Assembly: GCF_046119375.1 (NCBI RefSeq)
Contig: NW_027362765.1
Location: forward strand, 568,974,001-569,038,000
DNA from: Phyllobates terribilis
Lineage: Eukaryota
Length of the DNA: 64,000 nt
Reading direction: 5' to 3'
Below, one piece after another: positions 1-11,249 of the stretch (position 1 is the stretch's first letter; each line of letters starts with the position of its first letter). The notes below the pieces were generated by a model. It worked only from the letters and a program-made list of their open reading frames with translations, made no database searches and had not been told where the DNA came from. A program made the translations under genes and the position numbers.

Positions 1-736
1 GCTGCAAGAGGGGTACCGGCCCCCTACACCCGACCTTGTGCTCCATGTCCTGAATGGGAAAGCCCGGTTAGGCCCTGAGGATCCCACCGGGCATCGGATG
101 GAGAGGAATTGCCACCCGTGCCCTAGTCCTGAGAGGAGCTCAGAGGGAGACCCGGCCTATCCACACACGCACAGACGGGAAAGGGTGAAGTCTGTAGTGC
201 AGGAACACTCTGGTGTAGGGTCGCTACCGAACACTGGACTTTCTCGGAGGTAGTCGGACCCCCGTCCTTGGTGGCTGCAGGACTCCACGGGGAGCAGGGA
301 GTGACCTTCCCGCTATCATCTCTAAGTGAGTAAAGCCTTGGAAGTTCACCCCTATGGCCTCTAGACTGTTCATTATGCGCCATACCATGCGATGCGGTGC
401 ATGTACTCCCTGCACTACTACCCCCCTCCATCCTGTTTGCCTGCCCTGAGGCCACGCTCCGCCTGTGGGGAGCAGTAATAATTTTGGCCGCCATGACACC
501 AGGCCTCAGCGGACTGTAGCGGCGCTGGTGACCCTTCACCAGGCACCACAGGTGGCGTAGTCATTAAAATAAGCACTCAACCTGGACAAGCCCACACCAT
601 CTCTTTCTAATGTGACGGCCCTGAGACGGGTCGGGCCCGGGCCACGGCTGCATCCCACCTCTCCATCACAGGGCCCGACACCGAGTCCCCCAACACCCAG
701 GGTAAAACACGGGCTTCTCTGAGTAGAAGTGTCACA
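1..736 (+). repeat. 5' LTR (partial)
   Basis: Direct repeat of 3362-4099; ends GTGTCACA immediately before the PBS. Confidence 0.9.
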
Positions 737-739
737 ACC

Positions 740-757
740 TGGTGTAGTCGACAGGAT
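740..757 (+). promoter_or_regulatory. Primer binding site, tRNA-Ser
   Basis: TGGTGTAGTCGACAGGAT, 3 nt after the LTR end; 16/18 match to TGGCGTAGTCGGCAGGAT, the complement of the vertebrate tRNA-Ser 3' end. Confidence 0.85.
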
Positions 758-1009
758 CGCGTGCCCGCAGCAAAGGAAGAAGTGCCCATTGCTACCGGGT
801 ACTGTGTGCCTTACACCTTGAACTGTTGTTTTACACTTAAAATGGCGCCCGCCCAAGAAGAACAGACGCCATAAAGCTGTAAAAAGACTGTCTTTAAACG
901 CCTCCCATCGTGGGCTGGGCTCCCTTTTGGCGCCAAAAATGTGGACTGCCCCTTCCATCAGAGACTGTCCGCAGGGTAAAGCCCGTCAAACTGGATGGGC
1001 TGAACGAAG

Positions 1010-1750
1010 GTGGGCCTGTCAGCATTCCGCCCAGGAACCGCCCCAAAAGAGGAGGAAAATGAAAAGCAACAAGGTGCGGCCATTGCATTCGGAGCTTGGC
1101 AGTCAATGGAGGCAGACATGGATGCCTCTGGGGAGCAAGTCCACGCATCTACTGAACCCGGTTCAGGCCCTTCACCCGGCAGAGAGCAAGGCGGCAGCGT
1201 GTTGACCCCGGGAGAGATTGCATTTCTCCAGCAGGAAGCTCCGGAGCTCCTAAGAAGGCAGAGAGAGGCCCAGGAGGCTGCGACGGCTGCGTGGCGGGAG
1301 GAGATGCTGCTGCGTATCCGGGACCGCCGCCAAGAAGTTGAGGGCCCAGGACAAATCGACTCGGTGACAGAGGTCGAGGGCGGCCCAGCGGCGGGTGAGT
1401 GTGCAACCCCTGCCCTGGCTGCAGAGCCTACCGTGACTATCCTGGACCTCATGACGGAGTACCTGATTCCCCACGCGGTCACCTGGGAGCAAGCGTTGGC
1501 TCCAGAGCTGCAATCGGCAGCTGTAGGTGGGGACCTGCGATGCCGCACAAACCCTGACACGGAGGTGCCTGAAGCTGCGGAGGAAACTACCGGCTCCAAC
1601 CTGGACTGGTCCGCGCCTACAGAGGACTCGCAGCAACCCGTTCTTACCACACTACCCGCACCAGCGGTAACCTGGCCCGAGGCTGAGGAGTGGGCCTGGG
1701 AAAACCAGGGGGGGCGAACTAATGGGCTTCCCCCGGGAGACCCGGGCTGA
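1010..1750 (+). pseudogene. Internal acidic/low-complexity ORF of the LTR element (gag position, no gag motif recognised)
   Basis: 246-aa E/A/P-rich ORF just downstream of the PBS; helical-looking segment LLRRQREAQEAATAAWREEMLLRI. Confidence 0.45.
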
Positions 1751-1901
1751 AGCGCGGAGGAGGAGCCAGTGGTGCAGCCACCAGATATTCCAGCTCACAT
1801 GAGAGCAACGTCGGCGGGAGCAGCGCTGCGAGCGCCTCGAGGCCCGGACCATACCTGCAAAAACTCGGGTGCGTCAGGAGGAGGCCACCCATCCCAGTCC
1901 C

Positions 1902-2118
1902 CGGTACAAAGGCCAAGTCATCCGTTTTCATCATGAGGCGGGGTGGGGGTTCATCCGGTGTCCCCAGTTCCAGGACGATGTGTTCGTCAGCCGGCGGGAC
2001 GTCTAACAGCGTCTCAAGAAGGGACACCTCAGTCGGAACCTCTTCCCGGGCGACACAGTGACTTTCACTCGCCACCAGGGGGAGCGTGGGTGCTATGCCC
2101 TGGACATACGCAAAGTAT
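1902..2118 (+). pseudogene. Cold-shock domain (OB-fold nucleic-acid-binding domain) with one in-frame stop
   Basis: Manual translation from 1902: RYKGQVIRFHHEAGWGFIRCPQFQDDVFVSRRDV*QRLKKGHLSRNLFPGDTVTFTRHQGERGCYALDIRK; RNP1-like GWGFI, RNP2-like DVFVS, L..GD.V.F and G..A.DI motifs; TAA at 2004-2006. Confidence 0.8.
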
Positions 2119-2764
2119 CTGGGAGCGACGCCACCTCGCGTTCAGCCTCAGGCGACCGGCTGGCCTCCGTCGGGAGGAATGAGCCCTTTCCGAGAAGGCA
2201 GCCCGAAGTTTAGAGCAGCCCCCGGCTGTTTCTGTTTTTGTTTACGAGTTAAAATGTTGACTTTTCCTATTATGCCTAATTTCTTACCCAGTTTCTAGAG
2301 ACACGTGTCCCTGCGTAATGGCAGCAGACAGACTCTCTGCGTTGTATGTAGTTTGCATCTCTTTAGGTGCTCCATATTGGTTTTATGTGAAAACCGTGCC
2401 TTTCTTCTACCTCGAGGCCTCAGAAGAAAAACCTGTCAGGGTGGCTCACCGGGAGGTCCAATTCGGGATCTTCATGCCTTGCAGCCACCCCAGGGCCTAT
2501 GTTGGGGGTTTAGGACAGGTCCCTCATACTTCTGAACTGACTTTGTGACGTTGCACTTTAATCTGTCTGTTTGCCAAAATGTCTCTGGAAAAAAAAAATG
2601 CTAGCACTTTTAGAATTTTATACTTTTATACTATGCACCTTGTTATGTAACATTTAAGAAATGTGCCTTCCATAAAGGGATGATACTGTAGTTTTGCTTG
2701 TTATCATAAAAAGAAAATTTCCTGGGTGTTACTTCTTTTGCAGCCCGCGGACGTGCTGTGTTTT

Positions 2765-2776
2765 ACCAGGGGGGAA
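2765..2776 (+). promoter_or_regulatory. Polypurine tract
   Basis: ACCAGGGGGGAA directly before the 3' LTR start. Confidence 0.75.
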
Positions 2777-4099
2777 TTTGGCACCCCTGAGGGTTCGACC
2801 GCCACAGGAATGCTGCACTTCTCTAATGGAGTGTGGTGTTCCTCCTCCGAGGTAAGGCCACTTGATAGTCGTGACTCAGCTTTGCATCCAACACCACACT
2901 TCTCCACCAGAGGGAGCTAGTAGGCACTAGGTGCTGCTCCCCTGGTTACAGGGAGACTGGGGAACACAAAGTGGTAGGAACCAGTTACTGGGTGAGGGTG
3001 GAGGACTTACTAGTTAGTTACACTTCAAATTTCATATTTAATAGTATGCCATCTTTGATTTTGTCGACGGTTCTAGTGGTTGTACTGTGCTGTCAAACTA
3101 CTGTGTGTTAATGTGGCTTCCCTCCGGGAGCACAGATCCTGTGTGGGCCTGCACCAGCAAGGGACACAGCACTCGTACCCTGGCCTTGGGACGAGAGGTA
3201 GGTTGTAGACAAGGAATGTCTCAACCCGGCCAAGGACCAGGATCGAGAAAGCCCGGGAGCTCTAGAGTGTGGCTCCCCAGCAAATGGGTCCCAGGGAGGA
3301 TGCAGACGGAGCAGAGCACGCCACCTGTCCTCGCCTACCTGATCTATTCAGAGGGATTCCGGCTGCAAGAGGGGTACCGGCCCCCGACACCCGACCTTGT
3401 ACTCCATGTCCTGGACGGGAAAGCCCGGTTAGGCCCTGAGGATCCCACCGGGCATCGGATAGAGAGGAATTGCCACCCGTGCCCTAGTCCTGAGAGGAGC
3501 TCAGAGGGAGACCCGGCCTATCCACACACGCACAGACGGGAAAGGGTGAAGTCTGTAGTGCAGGAACACTCTGGTGTAGGGTCGCTACCGAACACTGGAC
3601 TTTCTCGGAGGTAGTTGGATCCCCGTCCCTGGTGGCCGCAGGACTCCGCGGGAAGCAGGGTGTCGCCTTTCCGCTATCATCTCTAAGTGAGTAAAGCCTT
3701 GGAAGTTCACCCCTATGGCCTCCGGACTGTTCATTATGCGCCATACCATGCGACGCGGTGCCCGTACTCCCCGCACTACTACCCCCCTCCATCCTGTTTG
3801 CCTGCCCTGAGGCCACACTCCGCCTGTGGGGAGCAGTAATAACTTTGGCCGCCATGACACCAGGCCTCAGCGGACTGTAGCGGTGCTGGTGACCCTTCAC
3901 CAGGCACCACAGGTGGCGTAGTCGTTAAAATAAGCCACTCAACCTGAACAAGCCCACACCATCTCTTTCTAATGTGACGGCCCTGAGGACGGGTCGGGCC
4001 CGGGCCACGGCTGCATCCCACCTCTCCATCACAGGGCCCGACACCGAGTCCCCGAACACCCAGGGTAAAACACGGGCTTCTCTGAGTAGATGCATCACA
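2777..4099 (+). repeat. 3' LTR (~1.32 kb)
   Basis: Starts TTTGGCACC (TGTGGCACC-like) after the PPT and ends TCACA; its start is homologous to the solo LTR start TGTAGCACCCTGAGGG. Confidence 0.85.
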
Positions 4100-4129
4100 A
4101 TTTGAATTCTGTCAGATATGCTCATTTCT

Positions 4130-4523
4130 AGTGAGGAGTTCTCTAAATTTACTTATCAATGAATTGAGCGAACCAAGTGGATGATTTAGTAAGAACAATG
4201 TTTAGACTGTTACTGTTATAAATATAAAATATAACGTATATAATACTTTTATTAACCAGACCTATGTATCTACACATAGAAAATCATGTTCTTAGTAAAT
4301 TATTCCCATGCACGTATGGAAAGGGAAGTGATTTGCATTACATTCTTATACAGTCCACACCTTTCCTTCAAGGTAGGCAAATGATAAAAATCTAATTGTA
4401 GTTAATAGTCAGTTAGAATTCCTACTGGTTAATTTGGCATCTGATTGCTCAACATGACAGTAGACCAGTATGTTAAGCATCTATCTAATAAGCTTCAATA
4501 TCCATCTATTGTGACCTTGTATA
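4130..4523 (+). promoter_or_regulatory. Paralogous copy of the promoter module found upstream of the Cys/Pro-rich gene; cut by a repeat
   Basis: Shares GAAAGGGAAGTGATTTGCATT (octamer 4331-4338), TTAGAATTCCTA..GGTT and CAGTAGACC...TGACCTTGTAT with 37990-38212. Confidence 0.6.
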
Positions 4524-5210
4524 CAGTGTCCATTTTAGGACATGATTAGATATCAAAGTCAAACATCAGAATAATGTCAGTTTTGAGCTAAATACTCTGA
4601 GAACTGACTTTGATATCTGACTTAGATATGTGACTTTGATATGTGACTTTGGCATCTGACTTTTACAACTGATAATAGTAATAAAATAAATAACTCACTG
4701 TCCACACTGGAACTTGAACTCAAAGCTCTTTGTTTAGAAACCACTGCCCGTACACTTATCATTAAGCTATACACTCAGTGTTATAATCATTGGCATTCTA
4801 TTTGGTTATGTGATTTTCATTGTAAATGTGTCTAAAACGCATTGGGACTTTCACACAGACCTCCTCCAAGCCAAATTCAAATGATGTTTGATTTTGATGT
4901 TTGACTTTCATATCTGACTTTCTTCACACATCAGAATCATAATGACTTTTAGACACCCTGAGTATTTTCATGGTTGATCCCATAAGCCAAGAAAAACTAC
5001 CACCTGTTGTGACTTGACTCTATGGCTAAATGGTAAAGCTTGAGCTCCTGGGTTCAAAAACCAGGTGCAGAAGAAGAGTTTTATTTTTATTTTGTTAATT
5101 AACCTGGCTAGCACACAAACTACAGTGATGTTTTACTTTTAATATCTGACATTCTTATTGTCATCCTGATGTCTTAAGAAAGAGTTTCAGACACGCTGTG
5201 TAAATCACAT
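4524..5210. repeat. Unclassified dispersed repeat with 13-bp TGACTTTGATATG-type tandem units
   Basis: 4524-4660 matches 61805-61960; about 4864-5075 matches 63790-64000 inverted. Confidence 0.65.
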
Positions 5211-5248
5211 AGCCAAAGTAAATTGGGAGGCACTGATTTACTATATAT

Positions 5249-8024
5249 TAGTGATGAGCGAGCACTAAAATGCTTGGGTACTCATTACTCAGGTTGAGTA
5301 AATCGTAATGCTCGGGCGCTCAACCCGAGTAGCGAGTACAATGTAAGACAATGAGAAACTTAAGCATTTTTCCGGCGGACTCCTCCAGAGGTCAAATCGA
5401 TGGAAACAGTGCTGAAATGACCTGAGAACAGCATGTGGAAGACCCCTGGAAGCATCTTTGAATCCCAGGTCACTGCTGTGAACAATGTTGTCAGCATATT
5501 ACGCCACTTTTACGGACTGACAATAAAACATACAAAAACAAAGCCAAAATGGATTTTCCTGGAAAAAAAATGTTAAGAAACGTTCTTTCCAGGGTAATGA
5601 CTTGTATATAAGGCAAAATAAATAACCAAAGACAAAAATGCTCCCCCACACCTTGGGCTATGTTCACATGTAGCGCTTTTGATGCATTTTTGTACTTTTG
5701 TATTGCTGTCAATGGTGAAAAATACATTCACTAGTAAATGTCATTTTAACATTTTACTACCTTACCTGGCCATGTGGTGTGCGAGACATGATTAGACACA
5801 TCCTGTTTAATTTAAGAAAGAGGGACTCTGAAAATCACAATGCCTATTTTTACAGGGCCATCAGGAGGCCCTAACTATTGTTAAACAGTCTGGAGTTGGC
5901 CCTCACTATTATTAGAGGGCCATCAGTCGGCTATGCTTTGTTGTTCCCATTATTAAGGAGTGAGTCTCCTATACATAGTGGAGGGCCTTATGAATTGGAG
6001 GCTATCCAATATGTGTCTTTAAAGGGGTATTGGAGTGCTTCCTAATTTTTGACAGCCCTTGAACTTGCTGCACACGCAATAACAGTATAGGAGACCCACT
6101 CCTTAAGAAGGGAAAGAAATAAAGTACTGAGGCCCTTCACTACGTCTATTGAAAGTGGTATTGGCATGCCTCCTAATTTTGAGCAACCCTTGAATTTGCT
6201 GCATATGCAATAACAATATAAGAGACCCTCTCCTATGTTGTATGTTGCAGTACCAGAAGTTCCTTGTTGAACAATTATTAAAAAAATCCTGTCTGTCAAC
6301 ACTTGCGACAGACGTCACAGTTTCTTGGACAACCAAGTAGTACAGGTGAGGGAGAAACAAAGCAGATGCAGCAGAATGCTGACAAAGGTCTAGGACGGTT
6401 TTCTCAGACCCTCTCAGTGCCCAGGCCCTGATGTGCAGGTTGCTGTGACAAGGAGGGAAAAGTTTTGGTAGATGCTGAAGGACTACCTTGGTGACCGTAC
6501 CAGCTCCCTCCTTGATTCCTCTGTGCCTTACAACTATTGGGTATCCAAAATGGAAATGTGTCTCTCTTCATCTAGTGCCAGTATAGCGATTATATTGGTC
6601 AGGGACCAAGTGTGGATATGTTTTGAATGCACAACTGGCCCACTTTAAAGGGAGTATAATATTTTTCAGCTTGCAAAAAAATGTCTGGATTATTACTGCA
6701 GAAATGTTTGATCATGTCTGATGACCAATTTTTTATGCATTGCCAGTAAAGCAATGCTATTGGTCAGCGACAAAGTGTGGATATGTTTTGAAAGCACAAC
6801 TGGCAGACTTTAAATGGAGTATAATATATTGCAGCTTGCAAAAAATGTCAGGATTATTAACGCAATAATATTTGATCACGTCTGATGACCACGTTTTTAT
6901 ACAGTGGCGGTATAGAGATGCTATTGGTTAGCAATCAAGTGTAGATTTGAACGCAGAACTGGGAGACTTTAAATAGAGTATAATATTTTGCAGCTTGCAA
7001 AAAATGTTCAGATTATTACCGCAATAATATTTGATCACATCTGAAGACCACGTTTTTATGCAGTGGCAATATATAGCGATGCTATTGGTCAGCGATCAAG
7101 TCTGGATATGTTTTGAACGCACAACTGGCACACTTTCAATGGAGAATAATATTTTGCAGCTTGCAAAAAATTTCAAGATTATTACCGCAGTAATATTTCA
7201 TCACGTCTGATGACCACATTTTTATGCAGTAGTGGTTTTCAATGCACAACTACCAAACTTGAATGGAGTATAATATTTGGCAGCTTCCAAAAAAATTAAG
7301 GATTATCACGGAAGTAATATTTGACCACCTGATATTATGGACAAGTTTTTATGCTTGCACAATACAGCAATGCTATCCAAATCAACTAAATCTGGCTGAA
7401 TGCTGTTAAAAAGCAAATGGAGCAGTAAAAATGGTGTATTATATTGCTTTTCACCAAAATTATCAGGATTAAGAGCAAAAGGAATATTATTAACCATGAT
7501 ATCTAGAGCTATTAATATGAGCTCCAGCTGCAGAAAGAACATGCAATGGACCCTATTCTGTACTATACTAGGTCTCCACAAACTCTGCCTAACTAGTGCA
7601 AACAGCAGTATTAATATTCATCAGAATGAGACCTTACAAGGACTGTTAGTGTAGATGAAATTAATAATAGTGGTGTGGAATCACTGTTTCAAATAAGTGC
7701 CTCGTTCAGCTGCACCTCTCCCTACTATGCCTGTTTGACGGGTAGACTGTGACAAGCATAGGGTCCTGGGTCTTATATAGACAAGACGACGCTATGCGGT
7801 CAGCCAATCACTGTACTGCCACAACCAACATGGCTACGGCATTACAGTGACTGTCAAGAAATCCCTGCATGTTAATTGACTGCCTAATATGCGTCAAACA
7901 TGCGGGGCAGGGACTTAAGCTCCCGCCTGAATATTCAAAAAATACTAGCCGAGTAATGAGCATCTCGAGCACTGTGATGCTTGGGCAAGTAATGAGTAGT
8001 GATGAGCATGTTCGCTCATCACTA
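5249..8024 (+). mobile_element. Old non-autonomous hAT element
   Basis: 13-bp TIR TAGTGATGAGCGA...TCGCTCATCACTA; remnant DYLGDRTSSLLDSSVPYNYWVSKME (~6481-6555) resembles the start of the hAT dimerisation domain; no matching 8-bp TSD. Confidence 0.7.
6580..7340. repeat. Degenerate ~163-bp tandem repeat, ~4.5 copies
   Basis: GCTATTGGTCAGCGA..AAGTG motif recurs near 6590, 6755, 6920 and 7080. Confidence 0.8.
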
Positions 8025-8289
8025 CAAATGCACTATAGTAGTAATTTTTAGGTTAAAAGATTTACACAAAGGATGTAAGAGGTCATATTTATTTTAATGC
8101 TCATAATAAAGTAAACCTTGAGTGTACAGTAGGAGTCAAATTAGCTAATTAGAACAGAAAATTTGCATAATATTAATATCAATATGTCTATTAAAAATAC
8201 CTTCCCTTTATTTTTTTTTTATTAAAACTGTGCATATGTAAATATAGTGCAATGACTTTGTGTGTTAATATACTCTCCTGCTGCCATTT

Positions 8290-8530
8290 TCTCTGGTGTC
8301 TAGCGTTGTTCCACTCCTCTTCTCTGTGATAGCACCATTCTTCAGACTCTCTGGATCACTCTATGTGTTAGCCAGAAGTCTCTTTTACATTGCCAACTTT
8401 GTTCTGCTTGATAGACTTAAATTGTAAAAGCCACTTTGGGGTCACCCAGAGCACAGAGTGACCCGGAGAGTCTGAAGAGCAGGGACATCATTCCGAAGAG
8501 GACAGGAATGGTGCTGAACACCGGAGAAGA
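8290..8530. mobile_element. Palindromic MITE remnant
   Basis: CTTCAGACTCTCTGGATCACTCT (~8339) is inverted relative to AGAGTGACCCGGAGAGTCTGAAG (~8455). Confidence 0.45.
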
Positions 8531-9040
8531 CAGTGGTAAGTGATTACATTAACATAACATGAACAAAATATTCCATTGTGATGAGGAAACTGTCAGTACA
8601 TTTTTTGAGAATGTCTTTTTAAACATTGCTTCTAATATAGTAAAATAAAGTTTCAGGAACTGATTTGAGGTCTTATTAAACCAGGAATGTTTATTCTGCA
8701 TGTGATTTGCAATCTTGTTAACCATTCAGATGCAGGTATATCCCCTCTTCATAGGGTTGTATATATCAAGCGTTAAACATCACAGCTTTATGGTGAAGAA
8801 TAAAGCCGGGGGGCTACTGAGAATCACTTTGGATTCCTCGGTGGTAAAGCCACCAGGACACAAGATTACGAGCGTATAAACAGCACAATTATGCATCTGA
8901 TAGTAGCCTGGCATCTACTCTACACCCATATCTGGGAAAGTTTCCATCCCAGAATTCCCTTGTGCTTCCTCTGAGGATTGGTGGTCATGTAACCACATGT
9001 ATTTGATTTCCACACTTGTGATCATATACCAACCAGACCA

Positions 9041-9270
9041 GGCAGCACAGTGGCTCAGTGGTTAGCCCTGCAGACTTGTAGTGCTGGGTTCCTGGGTTCA
9101 AATCCCACCAAGGACAACATCTGCAAGGAGTTTGTATGTTCTCCTAATGTTTGTGTGGGTTTCCTCCCACATTCCAAAGACATGTGGAGTGTGAGCCCCA
9201 ATGGGGACAGCGATGATAATGTATGTAAAAGTGCTGAGGAATATGTTGGCACTGTATAAAGATTATTATT
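9041..9270 (+). mobile_element. tRNA-derived SINE, V-SINE-like
   Basis: A box TGGCTCAGTGG, B box GGTTCAAATCC, central GAGTTTGTATGTTCTCC...GTGGGTTTCCTCC domain, and a (ATT)n-like tail. Confidence 0.8.
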
Positions 9271-9497
9271 TCTTCCACTTGAATATTAGGAAATGAAGGG
9301 GAGATTAGTGAGCACATGACTGCAAGTATGCAAATCACATATACAGTCTATTATCATGTGACCAGCCTCCCACACAGGGCATATTGGGAATCGTGGCAGT
9401 CCATGAATCATACATTCTTAGACCCCCTTCACACATCCTTATTTCTGGTATATATGTGACATCCATTTTCTCACATACAGACGCTCACCTGTATTTA

Positions 9498-9740
9498 CTG
9501 TATTTTTCGGATTATAAAACGCACTTTTTTCCTCAAAAATTTTGGAGGAAAATGGGGGGTGCATCTTATAGTTTGAATTTTGGGGGGTGTATATAGATGT
9601 GGGGTGTGGGGGGAGTGGTAGTGGTGGAGGAGCAGGGCACAGGAGGCAGCAGCCGCCCGCTGCAGCCTACACTGTCCCCGCTGCTAAAGAAAATGAATAT
9701 TCACTGCTCCCCACGCCCATGGGGAGTCCACATATCGTAG
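9498..9740 (+). mobile_element. pogo/Tc1-mariner-type MITE, one end
   Basis: TA followed by CTGTATTTTTCGGATTATAAAACGCAC, a pogo-like TIR; partner TIR not found. Confidence 0.5.
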
Positions 9741-9914
9741 ACTCCCTAAAGATCCGACAACACAGACTCAATCACATATTACCTCTACATTACAGCGATT
9801 CTTAACAGCTAGGGTGATTGACTTGAAAACATATGAGTACCTAATCAATCAACATCCAATTATACCGGTATATTACGTTTTACCAAAATCCATAAAAGTC
9901 TTACTTACATAATT

Positions 9915-10030
9915 TTGGGCATAGTAGCAGTGTGTGGTACTCATCGTATTAGGCCATCTATACCAAGCTTCACCAGCTTTGAAATTAATAATAATTTTTA
10001 GCTGCATCTAGCCCAGAAAATAATTTTTCT
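9915..10030. repeat. Isolated copy of the hAT ~110-bp unit
   Basis: TATTAGGCCATCTATA...TTTTTAGCTGCATCTAGCCCAGAAAATAATTTT matches units at 22620-22735. Confidence 0.75.
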
Positions 10031-10055
10031 TCCCAATAGTGGTAGCAATAGAAAT

Positions 10056-10343
10056 ATGGGGCGTGCGCCTGGCTTCATAACAAAAAACACCAGCCTATCG
10101 CACTGCATTAATAAGATGGCATCATCGTCTCTCCCAGTGCTAGGCCTACTACGCCGGCTAGCATTCCTGTGCCTAAAACACAATGTATGGGTCCGCGCTA
10201 GCCACGATGCTGAGGGGTCTAACGCTGCTGCTAATGCTGTATCACAATTCAATTGGCAGATTTTCACAGAGCTCCTCCCCAATGCCCACCCATCGGACAA
10301 CAGTTGCCCACCCTCCCTATGGGTTCTAGTGGCAAATAGTTGA
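10056..10343 (+). pseudogene. DIRS/Ngaro RNase H C-terminal remnant
   Basis: SSSLPVLGLLRRLAFLCLKHNVWVRASH..G.N..ANA.S.F.W pattern. Confidence 0.7.
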
Positions 10344-11230
10344 TGCCATTAATCAGAGCGTCAGTTGCCCCGTCGACGTGGCAAGCATACGGTAAGGCAT
10401 GGGAAGAGTGGACACGACTAGTAGCAGGCAGACGGGTTGACCAATGTGAACAAGACAGATTACAAGTCACCATAGAATTTCTCCACCAGCTAATGATGAG
10501 GGGCATATCAGGGGCGTCAGCACAGTGGTGTCTGACCAGAGTAGCATTTCACTTCCAACTACTGAATTGGGGAGATGCGATAAAGAGATTCATCATCAGA
10601 CAATCCATAAAAGGGTGGAAAAGGGGTCAGCCAAGTCAGGAGTGTAGACGTCCCGTCCCGTGTCACTAAAACTGATTTCTCACATCATATCCCTAACACC
10701 ATTAACATGACACTCACAATTTGAAGCAACACTACTGTCTACTGCATTTGCGATCGCCTTCTTTGGGGAGCTATGCATAAGCGAATTAGTCCCTCAATCC
10801 AAAATTACCACCAGTGGAGGCTTATTACACCAGGACGTAGTCATAGCCAATAATGCAATACGTCTACGCGTACGCAAATCGAAAACAGTTCCAGCGGGCA
10901 GGGGCACTTGGGTACTTCTACAACCCACAAACGGTATACTGAGTCGGGTAACAATAGTAAAAACATATATAACCATCAGATCACAAAGTAATTTCTTCCT
11001 ATCACACATTGATGGAACGCCATTATCAAGATACCAGTTCCAAGCTATATTTAATAAATGCCTAACATCGGCAGTGAACCACCCCAAAGATTACGGGACA
11101 CACTCATTCCACATAGGCGTGGCCACGGAAGCAGCAAGAGCAGGACTGTCAGAAATGGAAGTTCAGAGGAAAGGGAGATGGTGATCCACATGTTTGGCGA
11201 GATACATAAGACCGGACTTGTTATCCTAAC
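10340..11230 (+). pseudogene. Tyrosine recombinase (disabled)
   Basis: SVAPSTWQAYGKAW N-terminus, FFG....ELV, RKSKT and GTHSFHIGVATEA (HSFRIGAAT-like) motifs across frameshifts. Confidence 0.8.
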
Positions 11231-11249
11231 GTGGTTTGTTTCTTTTACA

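Larger units (their letters stand above)
1..4099 (+). mobile_element. Non-autonomous LTR retrotransposon (gypsy-like termini, no pol); 5' LTR cut by window start
   Basis: 1-736 repeats directly at 3362-4099; PBS after the first LTR, PPT before the second; LTR ends T(G)TGGCAC...TCACA; ~2 kb interior with no recognisable PR/RT/IN motifs. Confidence 0.9.

Noticed and set aside
1902-2118. Bacterial csp gene or processed YBX/LIN28 pseudogene
   Set aside because: Lies inside a PBS/PPT/LTR-bounded element; lacks the KWFN motif, poly(A) tail and flanking host-gene domains.
5241-8032. TSD for the 5249-8024 hAT
   Set aside because: Flanks CTATATAT and CAAATGCA do not match, so the two ends may not belong to a single insertion.
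9041-9115. tRNA gene
   Set aside because: A and B boxes are present but no full cloverleaf; it continues into a SINE body and tail.
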